DNA from: Lytechinus pictus
Lineage: Eukaryota
Length of the DNA stretch: 64,000 bases
Assembly (NCBI RefSeq): GCF_037042905.1
Contig: NC_087251.1
Coordinates: 12,464,001-12,528,000, forward strand
Direction of reading: 5' to 3'
Within the stretch, counting starts at the first letter, position 1, and each line of letters starts with the position of its first letter. A model generated the notes under the pieces. It was not told the DNA's origin. It made no database searches and saw nothing but the letters and a program-made list of their open reading frames with translations. This document shows positions 1 to 12,251 of the stretch, one piece after another. The position numbers were made by a program, and so were the translations under genes.

Positions 1-560
1 ATTTCCGACAGTAAAACTTGACATTCTAAGCACTCTTTGTATGAATACTATGCCTATATAACTTAGATTTCGCATATGTAATTGAACAAGCTGTGTATCT
101 AATTAATAAACATAATGCGAGCGCGAAGAGCGAGCTGATTTTTTTTGTATAGTACTGACCCGAAAGGGAAATTTTAAGCACTGTCCAAACAGATGAAGGA
201 GAGAATATTGATCTCACTGAATATATGGCGCGAAGCGCGAGCTGATTTTTTTTAGATTTAGACTTTAGACCATTACGTTCTTATCACTGTCGGTACAGAA
301 GCGCGAGCTGACAACTTTTGATATTTTGACTTGACAACTTAACATTTTTTTACGTTTTTATATAAAGAACAGAGTCAGATGCGGCATATGCAATTCAACA
401 AGCTGTGTATCTTAATGCGAGCGTGAAGCGCGAGCGGAAAATTTTGACATTCTGATGGAAATTTAAGCACTGTCCAACATAAAGGAGAATTGTGGAGAGG
501 GTATGGATCTCACTAAATATACGATGCGAGCGCGAAGCACGAGCTGAACATATTTTGACA
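1..560. repeat. Interspersed repeat with periodic GCGAGCGCGAAGCGCGAGC motifs
   Basis: The motif or close variants occur at ~117, ~228, ~417 and ~525; the same motif in reverse orientation fills 56760-58050. Confidence 0.7.
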
Positions 561-2136
561 CTTAGACCTTAAACCGGGATTTTCTAATCATTAATTGTCG
601 GTACCCCGGTCTGTACAGAGAGCTCCCCACGTTCGCATTGCGCAAAATAAATTACAATTTAACGATAACATGTGCAATTTGACATTATTTTACCGACAAA
701 GGTAAAGGTACCGAGCAAGAACAAGGTACATGGAGAAGTTTGAACAGTCCTGCGTGACCCGACACATGGAAAGTTTGTCATTTTCCCGACAATCGTCAGT
801 TCAACAGCCCTAGGCTTGCGTATAGCAGACAATTTATCATTTTTCCAACATCTCAGACTCCGCACCTTTAATTACACCGACAAACAGGCATATTTACTTT
901 AAACCTTGTCTCTTCTCTTACTGATTTCCTCCTTTCTTTTGTTTTCCTCTTTCTCTTTGTCACTTTATTTTTTATTTATTTCTTCCTTCCTCCCTTTCTT
1001 TCTTTTTCTTTATCTCTTTCTCTTCTTTCCCTTTTTCTTTTCCCTTTCTCCCTTCTTTTTCCCCCTCTCGTTCCTTTTCTTCATTTTTCCCAACGGCAGC
1101 ACTGATTTACCGACGATATCCACATTACTAGGGGGCGTCGCACCCCCCCCCCCCCCTTAGCGGTGGCCCTGTTTTCACGTTGTGTAAGGTGAAGAGGCAA
1201 AAATCAACTGACCGTGCTGTAAATTTCTCGTATACTCTTTATATATTTTTTTTCATTTTTCATCAATGGAAATAAAACGGATATCTTGTCTGCTTCCCGA
1301 ATTAACATTGAAACCCTAGGTAAACAAAACTTTTTAAGATGGACAATGTTACTTTCCAAACATTACTGTCGTCAATGTATGTACCAGCTGGTTCTGAGGA
1401 CACAAAATGAAACAAATTAATATAATCAAGCGTTCATTCCAGACACCTCCAACATTTTTAAAGTAATTTTTGTCAGTTAAAAGGGGTTTACATTTCATAC
1501 TTCATTTCATATTTGTTTCTCCACACTTTCCTCAGGCATGACAAAAAAACCGGAGAAAAACAAGAAAAATCAAACCCATGCGAATCAATGCTACATACAA
1601 AGTAAATATTATCGCAATGGTCTTGGTTGGTGGGAATTAAGAGCAGTGGCGCACTATGAAGTGTTTTGGGCAAAGAAACGAGTTAGAAAGGAAAAGGATA
1701 TATTTAAATCAATTTTCTCCACATGGGCGTCGATCAATGTTTCTGATTAGGTGGGGACAAATGTGAAAAAATATCAAAATTTTCCTCCCTCTCTGCGCGC
1801 CCGATAATAATACAGAATCGCCTCCAAAAATTGAAACTTTTGTGAGTTTAAAAGAATTTTATAGTTTTATAGTACTTTCCAGTGCTTTTTTAAACATACG
1901 TGGCATATCTAAGTGAATACAAATATTTCAAGTTGCCTATTATCGGGGGGATCAATATGTCTGACCGCCAATATATTGGGGATCACCCCCTCCCTCCGAG
2001 GGTCGACTCCTCTGGCTCTTTGTGATAAACGTCTACGTTTATCCAAATAACTATTTCTAAGTCTTGCGCAAATCATTTTTCATGAACTTGTGCTGCTCAC
2101 TCAAGCGGAAAGTATTTATACTGTCATCCGCTTTAA

Positions 2137-3072
2137 GGACGTTCCACAGTTAAAGTGAAATCCATGTCATTTTCACCAAACTTTGCACATAGATTCTTTA
2201 GAACCTTACTATTTGAAATATGCAAAAATTAACATAGGTCCATGTGCTTGATTTTTTGCTATAGAGCTTCAAAGTTCACCCAAATTGATGTTCTTAAGAA
2301 TTGCGCATTCAAAAGAATTTGGCATTTTTAGACCGCCCAAGATTACTACAATGAGTTTAAACCTCCATTACTCAGTCAAAATACATGAAAAAGTCATCAA
2401 ATTTCGCAAGAGAGTTAATAATTGTATCGTTAGAATGGAGAATCTATTAATAGTGCTATTTGTTTGCAATTTTAAGTTTAACAGCACTGTCAGTTCTTAA
2501 AAATGGCGTAAAAGATAACACAATCCCAATCTAAAAAATGTAAAATTTCAGTAACAAACTACAAACGTACAATAAATGCTGTACTTTATTCAAAATCCAT
2601 GTCATTTTCACCAAAATTTGCAGAGTTGTAGAGGAAGGTATACTTAAGAGGTACAAACATTAAAAAATAGGGGTTCATGTGCTTGTTTTTAAACTATCAG
2701 CATTTTTATTAGAGCAAATGTGCTTTTTAAAACACCAAAAATGGGCCGAATGCTTTGTATCTATGTGAAGAAAAAATCAAAACCACTCTACCATTTATTC
2801 AAACTCGGGGTAGTATTCGTGATTCTTGGCAGCACTGCAGAGTAAAGTATTTTGAAATTGTAGAGAACATTTTTTTGAATGGTCCATGGAATAATTCATT
2901 TTTTTAGCTTCATCAAATAACGCATCGGATCTGTAGTTAAAGTGCAGAAGATGAGAAAAATCAGCTCATACCCGCAGCTAATTAATCACCTGTTCATCCA
3001 TTGTGACGTCAGCGCGCAGAGTGTAAACTATGCGCAGATCATAATGCGCACAAATATAACTGTGGAACGTCC
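2137..3072. mobile_element. Non-autonomous DNA transposon with TTAA TSD (Kolobok-like)
   Basis: TTAA|GGACGTTCCACAGTTA ... TAACTGTGGAACGTCC|TTAA; a second, inverted copy lies at ~40737-41550. Confidence 0.75.
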
Positions 3073-3774
3073 TTAAGAGACCTGTGCCAGTATTTTAATG
3101 TGGAAAAGGCTTCAGGATGATACAAATTGAAACAATTTGTTATTTGAAATTAATATATGAAATAATTGCCATCATAATTATTATCATTATTATCATGATG
3201 ATGATCATTATCAATGATGATCATTACCAATGGCCTCTGTTGGCTCCCCCATATTCTTGGTATTTATATTCATATGTTTTCTTTTTGTAAATATTTGATT
3301 GTATTTGAATGTTTTTTACCAGAAATGGAAATAAATGAAATGAAATGAAATGAAATAACGTCACCTTCATCACCATCGCTACCTTTACTGCTTATACAAT
3401 TATCATAACTATTTTTCTTATCTTCTCTTCTTTTCTTTTTCTTCTACAGTCTGTTGTATTTTTTCAATATTAAAAAAAATCAAGTTGTTGCTTGATCTGA
3501 AAATTTTGAGTGTAATTCAATTCAAGAATTTATTCAACTGTTGAATAATTACATTTGAATTACATATTTATATTACCTTGGAGCTCTGTTTTATTTTGTA
3601 ATTAATGATTATAAGAGTAATTAAGGCAATAAGTGCGATGATGATGTGATGATGATAATAATGGTATATTAAATAATACAATTGTTATGATAATGACAAT
3701 TATGATAAATATAGTGAGGATAATAACAAATATGTGAATGATGACGATAAGAATAATGATGATAATAATGGCTT

Positions 3775-3970
3775 GTTTTCCTTTAGCAGGAAATTTGCCT
3801 TCATTGTGTTGCACTCAACCCAGGTGAGGTGAATGGCTACCGGCAGAAAGTAATTCCTCAAAAAGCAGTGAGCACTGGAATCGGTAGACTAGTTTAGCCG
3901 GGGTAATATAGGAGCACCTTTGAGCACCTAACAAGGTGGATACTTGTGCTTTACAAATCTAATATTATTA
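3775..3970 (+). mobile_element. 5'-truncated SINE
   Basis: The core gcactcaacccaggtgaggtgaatgg is shared (reverse) with 62250-62280; the element ends in a TAT-rich tail. Confidence 0.55.
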
Positions 3971-4007
3971 TTCATAATAATTATGATGATGATAATAATG
4001 ATAATAA

Positions 4008-4320
4008 TAAACGGCTCAAGTATCAAGACCTAAGGATTGAGATCGAGAGGATGTGGAACGTGAAGGCAAAGGTCACACCAGTCATCATTGGTCACTCAGG
4101 AATGGTGAAGAAGGGAATGGAAGCCTGCATAACCAAGATCTCTCCTCATCTTCGGATGTACGACATTCAGAAGGCAGCTATCTTGGGCACAACCAGATTG
4201 ATAAGAAAGACTCTCGGACATTAGTAGTGTAAAGTTCTTAGTTGCACTTGAAATTACTTGGTGCTTTTTGTTAGAGCAAAGTTATTCAAGAAAAAATACG
4301 GACTTGATCCTGTTTAGAGG
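4008..4320 (+). mobile_element. 3' fragment of an RLE-bearing non-LTR retrotransposon (R4/Dong- or NeSL-like)
   Basis: KxxKYQDLRIEIERMWNVKAKVTPVIIGHSG...IQKAAILGT is the typical C-terminus of a restriction-like endonuclease. Both flanks are (AAT)n-rich. Confidence 0.75.
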
Positions 4321-4389
4321 AATGATAATAATAATATCAACAATAATAATAGTAATAATAATCACATTGATAAAAAAATTAAATTATTA

Positions 4390-4645
4390 CCCCGGTCATA
4401 TGATCCATCACTGTTCCACACATAAAGTGCACCATCTCCACTCCCTGGAGAGTATCCTGGCCAGGCAACCGTTTATCTGTGCACTGGACACTCACATCCT
4501 ACCGAGTACCCATTTAACACATGGGTAGAGAGTGACAAACAGGGGTAAAAGCCTTGCAAAAGGACATTAGCGCCAGGTGGGATTCGAACCCTCAACTCTT
4601 GGTTTAAGAATCAAGTGACTAAACCACTACACCAAGACACCTCCA
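4390..4645 (-). mobile_element. tRNA-derived SINE
   Basis: The minus strand has an A-box (TGGTGTAGTGG) and B-box (GGTTCGAATCC) followed by a SINE body (...ctacccatgtgttaaatgggtac...). Confidence 0.7.
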
Positions 4646-4739
4646 CAGTAAAGTAGATGGGGAAATGTGGGGATTTTCATATGTGCATTTCATATGGGCA
4701 TACCCAGCTTATTCCCACCTGGTACCCATTTGATTTGTC

Positions 4740-5114
4740 CCGGCAAATTGCCAATTCGTCTACTGCCAACTCGTCCACTCACCACATGGTCTACCGTCAT
4801 TTAGTCTAATGTAATTCTGTCCATCGACATTTCGTCTAATAGTCATTTGGTCCAATCATCACTTCGTCTAATCACCATTTCGTCTCATAATCACTTGGTC
4901 TAATATCCATTTCATTTTCATTCATTTTGCACAATTAACACTTAGTCCAATTAGACGAAATTGTATATGGACTAAATGGCTATTGGACCAACTGGTTATT
5001 GTACGATATGGTGAGTGTACGTATGGCAATTAGACCATGTGGATAGTGGACGAGCCGATGATAGACCATATGATAGTAGACGAGTAGGCAATTGGACGAA
5101 TTGGAAATAAACCG
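4740..5114. mobile_element. MITE with internal ttcgtcta/tagacgaa subrepeats
   Basis: Imperfect TIR ccggcaaattgccaattcgtc ... gacgaattggaaataaaccgg. Confidence 0.55.
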
Positions 5115-5377
5115 GGCTGTATCCCTAAAGAGTTTTCTCTCAGATTTTCACCATTTGTTCGTGTTCAGTTGGGGAAATGGGTAACAGATCCATATGGAGA
5201 ATATTAATATTTATTCGTACTGATATGTCCATTACTCCCATCAGGTACCAATGTGGTCGAGATATATCCAAACTTTCAACCGGTATCTCCCTGGCCATTG
5301 TGTTAACCATCCACGTATACTCTACCTCCATCTTATTCAAATAATTGACCCAAATATATGTTCCGTTTAGTCTTTAA

Positions 5378-5970
5378 AGGTCAAGTCCACCTCAGAAAAA
5401 TGTTGGTTTGAATCAATAGAGAAAAATCAGGCAAGCACAATGCTGAAAATTTCATCAAAATCGGATGTAAAATAAGAAAGTTATGACATTTTAAAGTTTC
5501 GCTTATTTTTCACAAAACAGTAATATGCACAATTTAGTCACATGCATCGATGATGTCCCTCACTCACTATTTCTTTTGTTTTTTATTGTTTGAATTATAC
5601 AAAAATTTCAATTTTTACAGATTTGACAATAAGGACCAACTTCACTGATCTATAAAATGTTAGACAATGTTAATTCCACATGTTCAGGGAGAAATAAAAC
5701 TTTTTTACACAGGACATTGGGGAGAAAATTAGAATATTTCATATTTCATATAATAAAATACAAAGGAAATAGTGAGTGAGTGATGTGATCAGTTTCCTCA
5801 TTTGCATACCGATCGGGATGTTCTATAACTATTTTGTGAAATTAAGCAAAACTTAAAAATGTCATAACTTTCTTATTTTACATCCGATTTTGATGAAATT
5901 TTCAGAGTTATGTTTGTTTGATTTTCCTCTATTTATTCAAATCAACATTTTTCTAGGGTAGACTTGTCCT
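5378..5970. mobile_element. Palindromic Kolobok-like MITE
   Basis: TTAA|AGGTCAAGTCCACC ... GGTAGACTTGTCCT|TTAA with long internal inverted repeats; a related copy lies at ~32094-32671. Confidence 0.75.
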
Positions 5971-6455
5971 TTAACACAGGTTATCACTAGCTGTGTTACC
6001 CTTGTGGGCATTTTCATATTCTATCCATGTGAGTATGCCCAGTCATCTGGTACCCAATAAGGTTGACCAAGATTTACCCTTAAGGGTCAATCCACTCCAG
6101 ATTCATGCACCAAGACCCCCCCCAAAAAAAAAAACCCCAAAAAATCTAAATCATGGGCATATATTCTTCTCATTGGATATCCCTGTTGCAAACCATAAGA
6201 GCGTGTCCTGAGAGATCCCATGTGTCATTAAATATGGCTCCATATGAGATACATATATGGTTTCCTTACGAACAGAGGCCCCTGTTGGCCTACGAGACTT
6301 TACTAAAACGGGCCCCGGCCATGTGGGTAAACAGATAGATTAAAGTATAGGCCACCAGTAGACTAGCTACTCTTAGATAATTTACCCAATTTGAGAAATA
6401 TATCTCATATTTTGGAGCACCTAAAATTTGGAAATATCAAATTTGGTTTGATATA

Positions 6456-7190
6456 CTGAAACTGAAACTGAAACTTTATTCTGTCGACCCCTTTCGGAGT
6501 ATGAGAATATACACAGTTATACATACATCATACATAGTATGCATACGTACATAAATACATACATAACAAAACATGAATAAATATAAAAAGCTATAACGTA
6601 AGATGGCAAAAAAGGTGAAGGAAGCCTTGAATGCAAAAGATAATACTGTTGAACACATGAATAACAAAAAGAGATAGAAAAAGGATATAATAACAGGTTA
6701 ATATACAGGTATATACATTTGGTACTTATCTACGAAACTGTGTCATAATAATATTAACAAACTTGGCAAGTTTTGACAGTGTTTTGGGAATTTTAGTATT
6801 AAATAGACTATGCATTTTAAAGTGTTTGGATGTTTGGCAAACTGAGAGGGAATATATTTGCTTCTGTCTAATTTGAAGTAAGAACACTCAAATAAATAAT
6901 GAAATTCATCACCAATCTTACCCAGGTTACAAAGATTACATAATCTATTCTGTCTAGGAATACCCCTTCATAACCGTGACGACCCTTGACGCAAGGCAAA
7001 TAATGACTGCCACATCTAAATTTACAGAGATATGTTCGATCTTTTTCATTAAGTTGTATGAGATAAGGCTCTAAGTTATGGGTGTCCTTGAAAATCCTGT
7101 AAATTACACATTGTTTATTTTCAAAAATGTCGTTGTGCCAGTCTTGAAAAGCCATATCATTTTGGCGTAACTCTAGAGCAGGCTGCACTG
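6456..7190 (-). mobile_element. 3' fragment of a non-LTR retrotransposon (RTE-X-like ORF2 C-terminus), frameshifted
   Basis: YRIFK...EPYL...LCKFRCGSHYLPCVKGR, then in another frame CNLCNLGKIGDEFHYLFEC (C-terminal Cys/His motif); 3' tail AATAAA followed by (GTTTCA)n. Confidence 0.75.
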
Positions 7191-7287
7191 CCCCCTTGCA
7201 TGTTTTTCATTTAATTTTCTTTTTATTTGTATAGTCCAATTCACCGTACCGGTACCAATACCTGTTCTATCCTTGACATTCACAAAA

Positions 7288-7403
7288 ATGGGAAGGCTCA
7301 ATATTATGCATTTGCTCCGAAAGCAGACTTGGGACAGATGTTTTCCGTTGTTAGCTTCACCAAATGGTTCTCTAAGTTCTGTTCGGTATTCTTCTAAAAA
7401 TAG
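7288..7403 (+). CDS. L2HGDH: L2HGDH exon 1 (probable mitochondrial transit peptide)
   Basis: ATG at 7288 encodes MGRLNIMHLLRKQTWDRCFPLLASPNGSLSSVRYSSKN, which is Arg/Ser/Leu-rich. It ends AAT AG|gtttgt (phase 2) and joins exon 2 in frame as AG|A = Arg. Confidence 0.8.
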
Positions 7404-7489
7404 GTTTGTGGTGGTATTTCAGTTCTCAGCTGCGCCTTTGCGAACGCTGTCGCTAGTCATGCTAGTCTAGTCGCGAGCCGGGCCCGGTC

Positions 7490-8024
7490 TAACCCAGAGA
7501 GCTCCGAGCTCCCGCCCGCTGCGCGGGCGGGAGCCCAGAAGCTTACCGTGTATTTTACCATTGTCACCGGACTAGGGTGATTTATGGTCTAAATATTTCT
7601 CCAAATGAATTGTGAAAACAGAAAGTATACAATTACCACGATTATATGGATGAAGGTCTAACGAGTGGCAGATTCCTGACATCTGGGCACAGTCTGGAAC
7701 CTCAAAAAAACGAAAAGTTCTCTCCTTCTACCCCGTCTCGATCGGCCATTTTTGTTAAAAATCGTAACAAAATGGCCGATCGAGACTGGGTAGAAGGAGA
7801 GAACTTTTCGTTTTTTTGAGGTTCCAGACTGTGCCCAGATGTCAGGAATCTGCCACTCGTTAGACCTTCATCCATATAATCGTGGTAATTGTATACTTTC
7901 CGTTTTCACAATTCATTTGGAGAAATATTTAGACCATAAATCACCCTAGTCCGGTGACAATGGTAAAATACACGGTAAGCTTCTGGGCTCCCGCCCGCTG
8001 CGCGGGCGGGAGCTCTCTGGGTTA
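7490..8024. mobile_element. Near-perfect 535-bp palindromic MITE with 9-bp TSD (MULE-like)
   Basis: TAACCCAGAGAG...CTCTCTGGGTTA; ~265-bp arms with a short loop near 7760; GGCCCGGTC at 7481-7489 and 8025-8033. Confidence 0.85.
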
Positions 8025-8060
8025 GGCCCGGTCCAGAGTAGAGCCCGCCACTAGAGGCAT

Positions 8061-9104
8061 GGGGCCCGTTTCTCAACACATGGACAAGTTAGTCATATCT
8101 TACTATATCCACCAACCACAGAGTTAGTTCCAATCTTACTAAACCTGTTTCTCGAAAGGCTTCCTAACTAGAATACCTTGATATCGATACTATCGGTAAA
8201 AAGAGCAGACGAGACGTAGCCTTAGTCACAAAATTGCATAATTTTCAAAAAGAAAAATTATGACAAAATTGCAAATATTATGATAGATTGGGAAATAAAT
8301 CTTTTCAAAATAATAGCACAGGTGAATTATGCATCATACATACTTAGACCATGAAGACTGAAGCATTCAATTGCAGAGAAAATTAAATTATGAATAATTC
8401 ATTTCATGACTAAAAAATCACTTGTGGACGTTGAGATGGGTACCCCCGGGATACCCAATTTTAATAGTTTACGAAAGTAAACCATAACGATTTTCTTTGT
8501 AAAATGATGATAATTATACGGATTTTTACGATTTCAAACGTCATCAAAATATAGATTAACGATACATTTTTAATCATTGATACCGAAAGATACGATATTG
8601 GACAAATTATATGCATGCATAAATTAGAGATAGAATTCATCCAACTGTTAATAGGGGTCTGAAAACAACAAATACGAGTTCAGTTATGGATGGCCTGACG
8701 TGGTAGAATCTTTATCGATTAAATCATTTTACTATTTCAAAATGAATGGTTTTGTGGCATTTACCAACAGTTTTTATAGTTTCTTTGTATTACAATTATC
8801 ATTGAATGCATTAACCCACTTGTTTTGTGATGTAATTTCAACCTCTATGATTGATTATGTAAGATTGTAATTTTAAAATTTCTAGGCACTTTCGCATGTC
8901 ATAGACATAGTCTACCCACGTGATGCCACTACGTCATTAAGAAAGAAGTTATGACAGGTTCGGAGGTGTCATAAATATTTAGTGAGGTTGTTGTACCCGA
9001 TCTTGGTAAAGAAGGCTTCGTGAAACGGTTAGCGGACAAGTAGCTCACTATCTCCGATTTAGTCAAGAAGTTAGACTTATGACGGTGTTGAGAAACGGGG
9101 CCCC
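8061..9104. mobile_element. Non-autonomous DNA transposon (PIF/Harbinger-like TIR)
   Basis: GGGGCCCGTTTCTCAACAC ... GTGTTGAGAAACGGGGCCCC. Confidence 0.6.
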
Positions 9105-9205
9105 AGGGTTTTGGCGGCGACAGCTCCCTGCCCCCTGCATGCCCTGGGGCTGGGTTATTAGCCTACTAACCTTGTACTAGTACTACTAGTTTGAGTGGGT
9201 TAGCC

Positions 9206-10099
9206 TAGACAGCTGGCACTGGCAGCCGTCTGTTTCGAGGAGTTTTTTAACATTTTTATTTTTTAATTTCTCCTCGTACACCGACGGCTCGCTATCGTGC
9301 AGCCACCATTAGGGGGTTAACAATGCAAAATCCCCCCAACGGGGCTCATCGATTTTTGTCTTTATTTCATAAAAATAATAAATATATATAGTGAGTGATT
9401 GTATTACCGACCGGCCTTGTAATTCCGAACGCGCGCATCAGAAAATAATTTCATACGCTCAAAATTTTGCAACATCCAAAGAGAACTTGAATAGAAAGAT
9501 GATAAAAAATGGTCAAAAACACATTTTCAAAGTCTTAATATTCTAAAAATAATAAAATATGGTCATCCGTGATTTTGTTGTTTTCTCAACTTTTCCCATA
9601 GAAAACACACGTTCGGTAATTATGACCAAAATATTTCACATGCGAAGAGGGGTCCGATTGGAAGCTAATAATGTAAAACGGAAAAACGATTTCGGCAAAA
9701 TTTTTACATATTTATATTTTGTAGGTAATTGTGTATTTATGGTGAAAGTTTGGTGAATTTTATGAGAATAATGTGTTTGATATGATTGAATTCATGAAAA
9801 GTGTTCGGTAATACGATCCACTACCATAAAAAGAACTACCAAAATAAAGATTATTATTCTGTTTTGGCCTGAAATGCACCAAAACGGGGAAAATAAACTT
9901 AAAAGGGGGAAAAACAGTGACTTATTTCGGCTGTCGCGCAACTTCACTTCCCTGTTTTATCCGAACTTGATACATAAACATATGGCCATTGAGTCCCCTG
10001 TACAGATCGAGTTAGAACTTTGGTCTCTGTATTTGGTGAGTGGAGCCAACGGAGTTCAGCGGAACAACCAACATAACAGAGACCGAAGCTTTTGGTCTA
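9206..10099. mobile_element. Non-autonomous DNA transposon (TAGAC...GTCTA ends) with a nested MITE at ~9389-9827
   Basis: Homologous, inverted, to 36277-36722; flanking duplication GGTTAGCC; the nested element has TIR core gtattaccga/tcggtaatac. Confidence 0.75.
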
Positions 10100-11579
10100 G
10101 GTTAGCCTAGCCAGGAGGGTCCTGGAGATTAATGTCATATCACTGACATACTTAATCTCCACGGAGCCAGGGATGGGATGCCATTGCTCTACATGCACCA
10201 AGTATTTTGCCAACAATAATGTTGCTCCAAAATACTCTGATTACTGTACTCGTTTTCTGATGGTTTTGAGCCCAAACTTATGTACATGTAGAATAAATCA
10301 TGGGCTACAATACCATTTAGACCTTTTCGCAGTAAAGAGTCATATTTTAAAATAATATTCTAAAAAAACTATTAAAAATATTAAAAGTAAAGGAGCGTTT
10401 ACTCACAGTCTGTTATTGTCGCCATCTTGCCGTCTTTGTTATCGTCGCCTAGCTACAAAACGCGTATAGAGGGTGACAATATCATGAGCAGTGCTAACTT
10501 AGATTTTTTTAAATACTTGCATCAGCCAATAAATATCATGAATCTTACCTTAAATTTTATTTTAAGCTAAGAAAAAGAAGAAGAAAAAAAAAAGAGAGAC
10601 ATTAAACCAGCTAGGGTTGTAAGTGTTTGCACTGTTATAGTTTGCACACTAAGCATTTTGATGATTACTCACAACTAGCCTAGTTATGTACTGTAGGGAA
10701 ATGGGACTTCCGGGAAAGGCTAGCGCTACAGCTATGGTTGTGTCTGAAGAGTTCTACTATCATAAGTGTTATATTTGTTGTTTACCTAAAACTATCCTGT
10801 TTGAAGTCTTGTTGTTTCTCCTGGTTAATTCTGGCCTTTTCAGGGTATCTTAGTTTGCTTCAGACACGATGTTTGTTGTTTACTTATCAATTAATATTGA
10901 AAGATTCATCTCTTAAAACCAATAAAATATTGTGAAATGCACAGAGTTAAACCTAAAAATGCAAAAGAACAAAAATCCTAATTTGACTTAAATTGACAGT
11001 TTGAGAGAGGGGTCTTTGGACACGCCCGAGTGCTTTCTGAAATGATTTTTCATCTTCAAACTGAAGTCAGTTTGAAGCCTTATAATTACCCTTTATTTTG
11101 ATACTAATTTGTCACTGTGTTTGAAGAGCATTTAAGTGAATAAATTATAAATGATTGTAAAAAATCAGTTCTGATTACAGGTGTACCCAAACTTTTGACT
11201 GGTACTGTATATTCACAGAAAAGGGGCACTACGTTGACTTGGGGTACCATACCGAACAGTGCCACTTTTTTTCAACAGGAGACAAATCTGTGTAAATCTC
11301 GTTTTGCTAACTCTTTTCCTTGGACCTGGTCCTGATCATTGGGATAGCTTTCATGCTTTTTTTGTAGCTTTTGAAGAGTAAAAATAATTCATGAGGTCCT
11401 TGTCTATTGCTTGTAATACCACCTAACAATATTGCCAAGGTTTGCCGATAAAACACACCCACCAAATGTCACCTTCTCTGAGATTTCTATTGTATTATTT
11501 TCTTCAAACAAGTGGTAATTGGCACTGGGTTGAGTATCATCCTGTTTTAATCAAATATTTGTTGAATTAATTTGACAAA

Positions 11580-11840
11580 CAGGGGCAGATCCAGGATTTT
11601 CCCAAAGGAGGGGGACACATTTTCCTGAGGAAAATTTGACAAGCAAAAAAAAAAGGGTTTTCAGAATTTAAGGTCATTTCGTCCACGAAAAATTGTAAAA
11701 GCAAAAAAAAAGTCCTCGCTTTCAAAGGGGGGGCACACTTGTGTTAAAACGGCAAATTTACATTACAAATTTTGATCATTCCTCTAAAGGGGGGGGGGGG
11801 GGGGGTTCACGGGCCAGATGTGCCCCCCGATCTGCCAGTG
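11580..11840. mobile_element. hAT-like MITE
   Basis: caggggcagatcc ... gatctgccagtg; flanks ttgacaaa/ttgaaaaa match 7 of 8. Confidence 0.55.
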
Positions 11841-12088
11841 TTGAAAAATATGTTTGTTATGGAAAATGTAATGATTTTTTTTAACCATACACCCTGCTGA
11901 ATGAATATATTTTGACAAATCGTATCTTCATTCACGTCACATTTTCATTCATATTATAATTGAAGGCTTGAATATTTGCATTGATCAAGTATTCATTGAT
12001 ATTCAACATATTTGTTTTTCCCATATAATTAGTGCTTACAATAGGCACTCCCCCTGATTGATTTTATTGTGTCTGATTTTTTTATCAG

Positions 12089-12231
12089 ATCATACGCCAC
12101 ATCCCAAAGAAGTAATGATTTTGATGTGTGTATCGTTGGAGGTGGGATAGTTGGTCTTGCAACTGCTCAGGAGCTGATCTGGAGGCAGCCGAATCTTAAA
12201 CTTGCCGTAGTGGAGAAAGAGTCTCAACTTT
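12089..12231 (+). CDS. L2HGDH: L2HGDH exon 2 (FAD-binding GxGxxG motif)
   Basis: tttatcag| acceptor; SYATSQRSNDFDVCIVGGGIVGLATAQELIWRQPNLKLAVVEKESQL; T|gtaagt donor. Confidence 0.96.
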
Positions 12232-12251
12232 GTAAGTATCACTTATATCAC

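Noticed and set aside
906..1160. Hydrophobic Phe/Leu/Ile-rich ORFs (also 3602, 17322, 33846, 43764, 56579) resembling membrane proteins
   Set aside because: Translations of low-complexity CT-, GA- or AAT-rich tracts.
4575..4645. tRNA gene on the minus strand
   Set aside because: A and B boxes are present, but I see no convincing cloverleaf and it runs into a SINE body.
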